A stretch of DNA of 64,000 nucleotides from an uncultured Acidobacteriota bacterium (GTDB lineage Bacteria; Acidobacteriota; Thermoanaerobaculia; UBA5066): the NCBI GenBank assembly GCA_963779415.1, contig CAVZYA010000001.1, forward strand, positions 544,001-608,000, read 5' to 3'. Positions 28,093 through 35,738 of this stretch are shown one piece after another. Below the pieces are notes generated by a model, which ran no database searches, was not told the origin of the DNA, and worked only from the letters and a program-made list of their open reading frames with translations. Position numbers and translations under genes: made by a program. How positions within the stretch are numbered: the first letter of the stretch is position 1; each line of letters starts with the position of its first letter.

Positions 28093-28869
28093 ATGACGTA
28101 CGAGAACCTCACCTTCGAAACGGAGGGCCCGATCGCCGTCGTGACGCTCAATCGCCCGACCCGGCGAAACGCCCTTTCGCTGGGGCTCATGCGGGAGCTT
28201 CTCGACTGTCTGACGGAGATCGGCCGAGACCGGCAGCTCCGCACCGTGATCCTCGCCGCCGCCGGGAAGGTCTACAGCTCGGGACACGATCTCTCCGAGC
28301 TGGTCGGGAGGGACCTCAACGCCTACCGGGAGATCTTCGACGTCTGCGCCGACCTGATGACGAGGATCCAGGCGATTCCGCAGCCCGTCATCGCGGAAGT
28401 CCAGGGAGTCGCCACCGCGGCCGGCTGCCAGCTCGTGGCGACGTGCGACATCGCGGTGGCGGCCGAAGAGGCCTGGTTCGCCACGCCGGGCGTCAAGACC
28501 GGGCTATTCTGCACGACGCCGATGGTCGCGCTCTCCCGGGCGATCGGGCGCAAGCGCGCGCTCCAGATGCTCCTGACCGGAGATCCGGTCGACTCGAAGA
28601 CGGCGGCCGAATGGGGACTCGTCAACAGCGTCGTCCCCGCGGGGTCGCTCCGCGCCGAGACGCGGAAGCTCGCGGCGAAGATCGCCGAGGCGAGCCCCGT
28701 CACGGTCGCCATCGGAAAGCAGGCCTTTTACTCGCAGATCGACCTCGATCAGCCGAAAGCCTATGCCTACGCAAAGGAGATCATGGCGATGAACTCCCTA
28801 GCGATGGACGCCCAGGAGGGAATCTCAGCGTTCCTCGGAAAGAGGGCGGCCTCCTGGACGGGACGATAG
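28093..28869 (+). CDS. Enoyl-CoA hydratase/crotonase family protein
   Basis: LNRP..RNAL, SSGHDL, ATAAGCQLVATCD, EGISAFLGKR. Confidence 0.9.
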   Translation: MTYENLTFETEGPIAVVTLNRPTRRNALSLGLMRELLDCLTEIGRDRQLRTVILAAAGKVYSSGHDLSELVGRDLNAYREIFDVCADLMTRIQAIPQPVIAEVQGVATAAGCQLVATCDIAVAAEEAWFATPGVKTGLFCTTPMVALSRAIGRKRALQMLLTGDPVDSKTAAEWGLVNSVVPAGSLRAETRKLAAKIAEASPVTVAIGKQAFYSQIDLDQPKAYAYAKEIMAMNSLAMDAQEGISAFLGKRAASWTGR

Positions 28870-28884
28870 AAAGGAGACACTTCG

Positions 28885-29190
28885 ATGGTCACGTTCGAGT
28901 ACCGGTTCGACGTCCTCCCCGGAAAGCTGCGGGACTACGAGAGGCATACGAAGGGCGCCGGAAAGGACATCTGGCTGAGGTTCCGCGGAGTCAAGACCGT
29001 CCGGGTCTACAAGAGCATGCTCGGCGGGTCGTCGCCGCAGCGCGTGGTCCAGGTCGACCTGGAGAGCCTCGCGGCGCTCGAGAAGATCCTGACCGACCCG
29101 GGCTTCCGGAAGGTCAAGGAGAACTTCCACAAGATCGTCACGAACGTCACGGACTCGCTTCTCGTCCAGGTGAGCGAAAAGAAGAAGTAG
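28885..29190 (+). CDS. Small hypothetical protein, possible dimeric alpha-beta barrel
   Basis: AGGAG RBS, typical codon usage, beta-alpha-beta pattern (FDVLPGK..YE). Confidence 0.65.
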   Translation: MVTFEYRFDVLPGKLRDYERHTKGAGKDIWLRFRGVKTVRVYKSMLGGSSPQRVVQVDLESLAALEKILTDPGFRKVKENFHKIVTNVTDSLLVQVSEKKK

Positions 29191-29196
29191 CCGCGG

Positions 29197-29709
29197 TTAC
29201 GGGCGCGGCTTCTTTCCCGTCGGGCGCGGGCGTCGCCTGACGCCCGCGCCCGACGAGAGCGCCCGGACGACGGCGCCCCAGTTGTCGAACCACGTTTCGA
29301 ACGCGGCCCGGAGCTGGGATCGTCCCTGCTCGTCGGCCGCGGCGCGCAGGGCCTCCACCACCGCGGCCGTGGACGGGCGAAGGCGGCGTTCGCCCTTCCG
29401 GGTCAGCGCCACGTGGACGAAACGGCGATCCGTCGCGGAGCGCGTCGTGCGAACCAGACCGGCCCGCTCCATCCGCCGGACGAGGGCGGAGGTCGTGTTC
29501 ATCGTGCCGAACGTCTGGCGCGCCAGATCGCCGATCGTCAGAGGGACCCCCGAGGGGTTGCCGGCCAGCGTCAGGAGGACGAACTGCTGGGCGGAGGTGA
29601 GTCCGCCGTCGGTCGGTTCGGTCGTGATCGTCCGGCGAACCGACTCGAAGAACCGCCTCAGGTGGGCCATCGAGCGGTAGATTTCCGCGAGGCGCCGCTG
29701 CGTGGTCAT
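29197..29709 (-). CDS. MarR family regulator
   Basis: LTSAQQFVL, TIGDLA, LVRRMERAGLV, DRR..VALT.KG. Confidence 0.85.
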   Translation of the reverse strand: MTTQRRLAEIYRSMAHLRRFFESVRRTITTEPTDGGLTSAQQFVLLTLAGNPSGVPLTIGDLARQTFGTMNTTSALVRRMERAGLVRTTRSATDRRFVHVALTRKGERRLRPSTAAVVEALRAAADEQGRSQLRAAFETWFDNWGAVVRALSSGAGVRRRPRPTGKKPRP

Positions 29710-29870
29710 TACGCGCGATTATAGGGAGGAGGGACCGGGCGATTCCGCTTGACTCGGGGCGGCACCGGACACCTAAAATCATTCCACGTGACGAACAGTC
29801 GACGACACGTACTATTCGGCCCACAGCCCGACACGGGACTCCTCGCCGGAGAGGAATCCCCTTTCGTGTC

Positions 29871-30782
29871 GTGATGGCTCTCCCCGCTCTTCTCGCGCCC
29901 GCCGGAAGTCCCGCGGCCGTCCGCGCGGCGCTCGACGCGGGGGCCGACGCCGTCTACGTCGGCCTCAAGGGCTGGAGCCGGGGGGGCTCCCGAGGCGAGC
30001 TCGACTGGGACGAGCTGGTCTCCTCCCGGAGCGAGGCCGCCGCGGCGGGGCGGAGCCTTCAGGTGGCGCTCAACATCATCCCCAAGGCCCCGGAGCGCGC
30101 CCGGCTCTTCGAGCGAATCCCCGCGCTCCTCGATCTGGGGATTCGAGAAGTCATCGTCAACGACATCGGGATTCTCGCCACGCTGCGCCGCGACTTTCCG
30201 GACCTTCTCCTGACGGCCAGCATCGGCTGCGGGGCACGGACGGCCGCGGACGTCGCGTTCTTCCGGGATCTGGGCGCCGACGCCGTCGTCCTGCCGGGGA
30301 CGTTGAGCCCCGCGGAGATGAACGAGATCCGGAGCGTCCGGGGGATCTCGATCGAGATCATGATCCACATGGTCGAGGAGTTCGTCCTCCTCGGAAAGTG
30401 CTGGATGCCGAGCTACGTGAGCCTGAAGCCGTCGCGGCTTCCGGACGCCGGGGGGCTTCGGCAGACCGGAAGCATGAAGCGAGGGGGCGTCGGGGCCTGC
30501 TTCCGGGTCTGTCAGGAGCCATGGGAGCTCTACGCCTGCGGGCGGCACCTCGAGACGCGCTTCCTTCCGGGACGACAGATCAGCCGGATTTCCGAGGTCC
30601 AGACCTTCGCGGACGCGGGCGTGGACGTCCTGAAGCTCCAGGGGCGGAGTCTTCCCCCGGAGCTTCTCGCGCCTCTCGTCCGGAGCTACCGGGAGGCGAT
30701 CGACGCCCGGGACGTTCCGGCCACGGATGAAGAGATCGCTTCGCCGGCCCTGCCGGCGGCCTGGACGGTGGTCGGACGATGA
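29871..30782 (+). CDS. U32 peptidase-family Fe-S protein 1 (UbiU/TrhP-like, first Cys replaced by Glu)
   Basis: LLAPAG, GADAVYVG, HMVEEFVLLGKC, GACFRVC, LKLQGR. Confidence 0.85.
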   Translation: MMALPALLAPAGSPAAVRAALDAGADAVYVGLKGWSRGGSRGELDWDELVSSRSEAAAAGRSLQVALNIIPKAPERARLFERIPALLDLGIREVIVNDIGILATLRRDFPDLLLTASIGCGARTAADVAFFRDLGADAVVLPGTLSPAEMNEIRSVRGISIEIMIHMVEEFVLLGKCWMPSYVSLKPSRLPDAGGLRQTGSMKRGGVGACFRVCQEPWELYACGRHLETRFLPGRQISRISEVQTFADAGVDVLKLQGRSLPPELLAPLVRSYREAIDARDVPATDEEIASPALPAAWTVVGR

Positions 30783-31762
30783 CGGCGACTGGCAAATCAG
30801 GAGGAGCATTGAGCTCGTTCGAGCTGAACACGACGATCGCGAACCTCCGGGACCTCCGTGAGTCGGACCTGACCGACTACGACGGGATCTACCTGGGCGA
30901 CATCTACTGCCGGCTCTACGAAGCGAACTTCCTCGAGCAGCTCGGAGACCTCAGGGAAGGGCTCCGCATCCTGCGGGATCAGGGGAAGCGCGCCTACGTG
31001 ACGACCTACGCCGGGCCACGCAACGACTTCCTTCCCAAGGTGATGAGGATGCTGGAAGCCGCCGCCGCGGCGGGAGCCGAGGCGGTCGAGATCCACAACA
31101 TGGGGATCCTGCGGATGGCTCACGAGTCGTTCCCGGGGCTCCCGTTGCACGTCGGCGGCTTCGCGAACGTCTACACCGCCGCGGGCGCCGAGGTCCTGCG
31201 CGGTCTCGGGGCCGTGCGGTTTACGCCCAACTACGAGCTGAGCCTGGACGAGATCCGGGAGATGACGGACGCCGGCGCCGCTCCCATGGAGCTCCTCGTG
31301 CACGGGAAGATGCCTCTCGGGATCTCGGACTACTGCTTCCTCCTGGAATACGAGGAGAAGTGGGGCATCAAGTGTCCCGACCTCTGCCAGAAGGAGCTGT
31401 TCCTCAAGCAGGGCGAGTGGGCCATGAAGTCGCTCGGGAAGGGGATCCTGAGCGGCAAGGACGTCTGCATGCTGGAGCACCTGCCGCGTCTCCTCTCCGA
31501 GGGCCACCGGCACTTCCGGATCGAGGCCATTTCGGAGAGCCCTGCGTACCGGCGCGAGGTCGCGGCGGTCTACCGCGCGGCGCTCCAGGGGGCCGCCGGC
31601 GGCGAGGGCGAGGTCGACGAAGCCTGGTGGGAGACGTTGCGGCGCCATGCGAGGATCGGTCTATGCAACGGGTTCTATTTCGGCAAGAGCGGAATGGACT
31701 ATTCGGGAATCCGGCCGGGGGCGATGGGGTCCCTTCCGACGATCTCCCGTCTGGAATCCTAG
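30779..31762 (+). CDS. U32 peptidase-family Fe-S protein 2 (UbiV-like)
   Basis: IYLGDIYC, HGKMPLGISDYC, CPDLC, FRIE, CNGFY; ATGA overlap. Confidence 0.85.
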   Translation: MTATGKSGGALSSFELNTTIANLRDLRESDLTDYDGIYLGDIYCRLYEANFLEQLGDLREGLRILRDQGKRAYVTTYAGPRNDFLPKVMRMLEAAAAAGAEAVEIHNMGILRMAHESFPGLPLHVGGFANVYTAAGAEVLRGLGAVRFTPNYELSLDEIREMTDAGAAPMELLVHGKMPLGISDYCFLLEYEEKWGIKCPDLCQKELFLKQGEWAMKSLGKGILSGKDVCMLEHLPRLLSEGHRHFRIEAISESPAYRREVAAVYRAALQGAAGGEGEVDEAWWETLRRHARIGLCNGFYFGKSGMDYSGIRPGAMGSLPTISRLES

Positions 31763-31785
31763 AAAGGGTCGAGGAGGGCGGAGTC

Positions 31786-32754
31786 ATGGTCGAGCTTCTG
31801 GCGCCGGCAGGCAATCTTCCGATGGTCGAGGCCGCCCTGGCGGGCGGCGCGAACGCGATCTACGTCGGCGCCCGCGGGTGGAGTCGGCGGCGCGACCGTT
31901 ACGAGCTGGCGGACGACGAGGTGAAGGCCGCGATCGGCATCGCCCACGGGGGCGGCGCGAAGCTGCGGGTGGCCATCAACACCAACATGCAGTCCCACGA
32001 GATTCCGCCCCTGCTCCGGAAGATGGAGCGCTTCGTCGCCTGGGGGGTGGACGGAGCGATCATGACCGACATCGGCGCGATCGCGGAGGTTCACCGGAAC
32101 TTCCCCGACCTCACCCTCCACGCCAGCATCGGGGCCAACATCCTCAACGACGAGGACGTCCGCTTCTATCGTTCGCTCGGCGTTTCCCAGGTCGTGGCGG
32201 ACACGAAGCTGACGCTCACGGAGCTGGCGTCCCGGAAGGGGCGGATCGACGTCGGAATCGAGATCCTGATCCACGCCAACAAGTGCTACACCTACCTCGG
32301 AAAATGCTGGATGTCCCCCTATCACCGGCTGGAGCGGACGACGGACCCCTTCGGAAAGGACATGTTCAAGGGAAGTCCCAACCGCGGCGGCCTCGACTAC
32401 CGTGTCTGTCTGGAATCGTGGGACCTTTTCCACGGTGACGAGCCGTGGGAAAAGGGCGTGGCCTTGAAGAACGACGCCTTCTTCCTCCTGGAAGACATCC
32501 CCCACCTGATCCACCTCGGCGTCCATTGCCTGAAGGTGCAGGGGCGGGAGTATCCGGTCCCCCTCGTGGAGCGAATCGTCCGGTTCTACCGGGATCTGAT
32601 CGACGCGTGTCTGGCTTCCCCGAAGGGCGAGCCCTTCGACTGTTCGCCATGGCACTCCCGCCTCGAGGCCATTCAGTCGGGACGCGACGCGGCCCGAGAG
32701 GAGGGAACCCGCCTCCTCCTGATCGAGGCCCGGCAACCGGTGCCGGCGCCCTGA
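31786..32754 (+). CDS. U32 peptidase-family Fe-S protein 3 (UbiU/TrhP-like, third Cys replaced by Asp)
   Basis: ELLAPAGN, GANAIYVG, LHAS, HANKCYTYLGKC, NRGGLDYRVC, LKVQGR; GAGGAG RBS. Confidence 0.85.
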   Translation: MVELLAPAGNLPMVEAALAGGANAIYVGARGWSRRRDRYELADDEVKAAIGIAHGGGAKLRVAINTNMQSHEIPPLLRKMERFVAWGVDGAIMTDIGAIAEVHRNFPDLTLHASIGANILNDEDVRFYRSLGVSQVVADTKLTLTELASRKGRIDVGIEILIHANKCYTYLGKCWMSPYHRLERTTDPFGKDMFKGSPNRGGLDYRVCLESWDLFHGDEPWEKGVALKNDAFFLLEDIPHLIHLGVHCLKVQGREYPVPLVERIVRFYRDLIDACLASPKGEPFDCSPWHSRLEAIQSGRDAAREEGTRLLLIEARQPVPAP

Positions 32755-32761
32755 CACGGGT

Positions 32762-33958
32762 TTGAGCCGCTCCCGGCGTTCCGTATCGGGCGCGATCCTG
32801 GCGCTCGGCCTTCTCTCGGCGCACTGCTCCCGGGATAAGGGGAAAGGGATCGAGATTCGGGTCGGAGAGATCGACTCGTTGAGCGGCGCCCTGGCAGCCC
32901 AGGGGACGGCGGTTCATGAAGGGGTCGTCTTCGCCGTTTCCGAGGTCAACGCACGGGGAGGCCTTCGGGGCCGTCCCGTGATCCTGCTGACCCGCGACGA
33001 CAGCGGCCAGCCGGACGCCGCCACGAACGCGGCCCACGACCTCGCCGTCCGCGAGAGCGTGAGCGCGCTGGTCGGGGGTTACGTCGACTCGATCGTCGGC
33101 CCGGCGGCCCAGGTCGCCGAGAGGGAGCGCGTTCCGTATGTCGCGGCCTCCTCCCTGGATCAGCGTCTCACGCAGCGCGGAAACGCCTGGTTCTTCAGGA
33201 TCAGCCGCCTGGAGCCGTTCGTTCAGGCCACGACCGCCGTCCCGCTCGAAATCCTCCCCGCACGAAACGTCGCGATCCTCTATTCGTCGACGCCGGGGGC
33301 CACCCAGCTCGCCAGGCTCCAGAAGGAGCGGCTCGAGGCCCGGGGCGTGATCGTTTCTTCGTTCGACAGCTTCCAGACGGGGACCCCCGACTTCATCCCG
33401 CTTCTCACCCGCGGGAAGTCGGCCGGGGCGACCCTCCTCCTCATGGACGGCTTCTTCGCCGACAACCTCGTCCTCCTGCGGCAGCTCCACGGATCGTCCG
33501 GGCCCGTCCTGCCCGTCGTCGGCGCGTTCGGCATGGAGTTCCCCGCCCTCATCAGGCAGCTCGGCCCTCTCGGCGAGGGCGCGATCGGAGCGATCGTCTG
33601 GGAGCCCGGGATGTCGCTCTCGGGGGACGTGGAAGGGAGCCGCGCGTACGAGACCGGCTTCGAGAGGCAGTTCGGCCACCCCCCGGCGCCGCTCAGCATG
33701 TATGGCTACACGGCGATGCGGGCGGTCCTGGCCGCGCTGGAGCAGTCCGTCGCGGTCGGCACGACGCCGGAACGGGAAGCCGTCCGGGACGCGCTTCGAA
33801 AGACAGATCTCCTCCTCCCTTTGGAGCGCCTGAAATTCGACGAGCACGGAGATCCGCTCTTCTACCAGGTCGGCATTTTCCAGATCCAGGAGGGGCGGCA
33901 CGTGCTCCTCTATCCGCGCGAGAGAGCCACCGGGGAGCCCGTCCGGCCGAAGTCCTGA
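32762..33958 (+). CDS. LivJ-like ABC substrate-binding lipoprotein (orphan)
   Basis: Lipobox-like LSAHC, VGEIDSLSG, VNARGGLRGRPV.L..DD; TTG start. Confidence 0.8.
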   Translation: MSRSRRSVSGAILALGLLSAHCSRDKGKGIEIRVGEIDSLSGALAAQGTAVHEGVVFAVSEVNARGGLRGRPVILLTRDDSGQPDAATNAAHDLAVRESVSALVGGYVDSIVGPAAQVAERERVPYVAASSLDQRLTQRGNAWFFRISRLEPFVQATTAVPLEILPARNVAILYSSTPGATQLARLQKERLEARGVIVSSFDSFQTGTPDFIPLLTRGKSAGATLLLMDGFFADNLVLLRQLHGSSGPVLPVVGAFGMEFPALIRQLGPLGEGAIGAIVWEPGMSLSGDVEGSRAYETGFERQFGHPPAPLSMYGYTAMRAVLAALEQSVAVGTTPEREAVRDALRKTDLLLPLERLKFDEHGDPLFYQVGIFQIQEGRHVLLYPRERATGEPVRPKS

Positions 33959-33974
33959 GACCGGAGGCGGGACC

Positions 33975-35108
33975 TCAGGTCCAGTACTGGCGGGCGAGGT
34001 CGAGCAGCCGCTCGGCCACCTGCCGGTTGCGGTGCGAAACCTCGTAGCGGTTCGGGACGTCCGGACGCGCCGTCAGGGGATCGTGAAGGCTCTCCGGCAG
34101 CGTCTCGCCGACGGCCCCCTGCCATCTTTCCCTCCAGGGCTCCGGAACCCCGGACACGATCGGAAGATCGTGCAGCAGGAGATAGAGGATGGCCCAGATC
34201 CGCGGGGCCGCTCCGAACGAGTAGCCGCCCCCCAGCGTGAAGAGAACCCTCCCCGAGGCAAACAGCTCCGCCCACTCGAGGATCTGCCGGAAGAGAGCTT
34301 CGTAGTCCCGCGTCGTCAGCATCAGATCGGCGAGCGGATCGTCGAAATGCGCGTCGGCCCCGGCCTGGACGACGAGGACGTCGGGCCGGAAGTGCCGGAG
34401 CGCCGGCGGGAGCACCTGTTCGAAGACCTCGCGATAGCTCTCGCCCGCGGTGAACGGCTGGAGGGGCACGTTGAGCTTCAGGCCGCGGCCCGCGCCGGCG
34501 CCGAGTTCCCGGATCTCGCCGCTTCCCGGAAAGAGAAACTGCCCCGACTCGTGAAGGCTGAGGGTCATCACGCCCGGGTCTTCGTAGAGGATCTCCTGGA
34601 CGCCGTTTCCGTGATGGACGTCGATGTCGATGTATGCGGTCCGGAGGCCCCTCCGGGTGAACAGGTCGATGGCGACCGCGAGATCGTTGTAAATGCAGAA
34701 GCCCGAAGCGGAGCTTCGCCCCGCGTGATGGAGTCCCCCACCCAGCTGAAGGACCCGCTTTGCATTCCCTTCCGCGATGAGACGGGCCCCGAGCAGGGTC
34801 CCGCCCACGTGCAACCGGGCGGCCTCGTCCATGCCGGGGAAGGCGGGCGTGTCCTGGGTACCGAGCCCGTACACCGCCGCGTCGGGAACCGTTCCGCCCG
34901 CGCTCAGCTCCTCCACGCGCTGCACGTAGGCGTCGGCGTGGACGGCGAGAAGGTCCTCTCTCGTGGCGGGCTCCGGCTCGACCGACTCCACGGAATGGCC
35001 GAGCGCAGAGACGAGATCGAGAGTCATCTCGACACGGAGCGGGCTGAACGGATGCTTTTCGCCGAAAGAGTATTTCCGGTAGGCCGGGGCGAAGATCACC
35101 GCGGGCAC
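33975..35108 (-). CDS. acuC: Acetoin utilization protein AcuC (Zn-dependent deacetylase)
   Basis: HPFSPLR, GGLHHA, ASGFCIYND, YIDIDVHHGNGVQ, QAGADAH.DDPL, LGGGY. Start GTG 35108 or 35099. Confidence 0.9.
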   Translation of the reverse strand: MPAVIFAPAYRKYSFGEKHPFSPLRVEMTLDLVSALGHSVESVEPEPATREDLLAVHADAYVQRVEELSAGGTVPDAAVYGLGTQDTPAFPGMDEAARLHVGGTLLGARLIAEGNAKRVLQLGGGLHHAGRSSASGFCIYNDLAVAIDLFTRRGLRTAYIDIDVHHGNGVQEILYEDPGVMTLSLHESGQFLFPGSGEIRELGAGAGRGLKLNVPLQPFTAGESYREVFEQVLPPALRHFRPDVLVVQAGADAHFDDPLADLMLTTRDYEALFRQILEWAELFASGRVLFTLGGGYSFGAAPRIWAILYLLLHDLPIVSGVPEPWRERWQGAVGETLPESLHDPLTARPDVPNRYEVSHRNRQVAERLLDLARQYWT

Positions 35109-35725
35109 GGCTTCTCCGGGGGCCAGAGGACCTGGAAGCCGCCTTTCCGCAGGTCCTGCGCCAGATAGGCGGTCTCCATCGAACCGATCCGCAGCACGGT
35201 GCGAATGGCACTCGGCCCCTCCGGATAGGAGAGGATCGAATGGATGTTCAGCTTCCGTTCGCTGAGGAAGCCGGCGAGGCGTGCCAGCTCGCCGGGCTGA
35301 TCCGGAAGGCGCACGTCGAGGCGGCCCGACGGCTTGTCGACGCCCGTCATCCGGATGAGGGCGTCGAGCAGATCGAGGCCGGTCACGATCCCGATCAGGC
35401 GCCCGTCGTCCAGGACGGGAAGGCAGCCGATCTTCCGCTCGCGCATGACGCGCGCGGCGTCCTCGATCGGATCCGAGGGATCCGCCGTCAGCGGGCGGGA
35501 ACACATGACGCCGGAGACCCGGCTGCCGGGGGAGAACGGGTTCGGCACGAGGACGCTCGTCGCCAGCCTCAGATCGCGGTCCGTGATGACGCCGACGAGC
35601 CTTCCTTCGTCCAGGACGGGCAGATGCCGGATTCCCTTCTCCCGCATCGTTCGGTATGCGTCTTCAAGGGTGGTGTCCGCGGAGACGGTCACGGCCGGAC
35701 TCCGCATGATGTCCCGTACCAACAT
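35096..35725 (-). CDS. acuB: AcuB (CBS pair + ACT)
   Basis: IRHLPV, ITDRDLR, IGCLPV, ACT LPDQPGELA; overlaps acuC. Confidence 0.9.
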   Translation of the reverse strand: MLVRDIMRSPAVTVSADTTLEDAYRTMREKGIRHLPVLDEGRLVGVITDRDLRLATSVLVPNPFSPGSRVSGVMCSRPLTADPSDPIEDAARVMRERKIGCLPVLDDGRLIGIVTGLDLLDALIRMTGVDKPSGRLDVRLPDQPGELARLAGFLSERKLNIHSILSYPEGPSAIRTVLRIGSMETAYLAQDLRKGGFQVLWPPEKPCPR

Positions 35726-35738
35726 GGGTGCGCCCTCC

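Noticed and set aside
29749-29779. TTGACT...TAAAAT sigma70 promoter for the U32 operon
   Set aside because: 19-bp spacer is suboptimal; plausible but not supportable without TSS data.
29871-32754. Naming the U32 genes ubiU/ubiV or collagenase
   Set aside because: Three copies, altered ligands and no ubiT; the protease label is a legacy annotation for this family.
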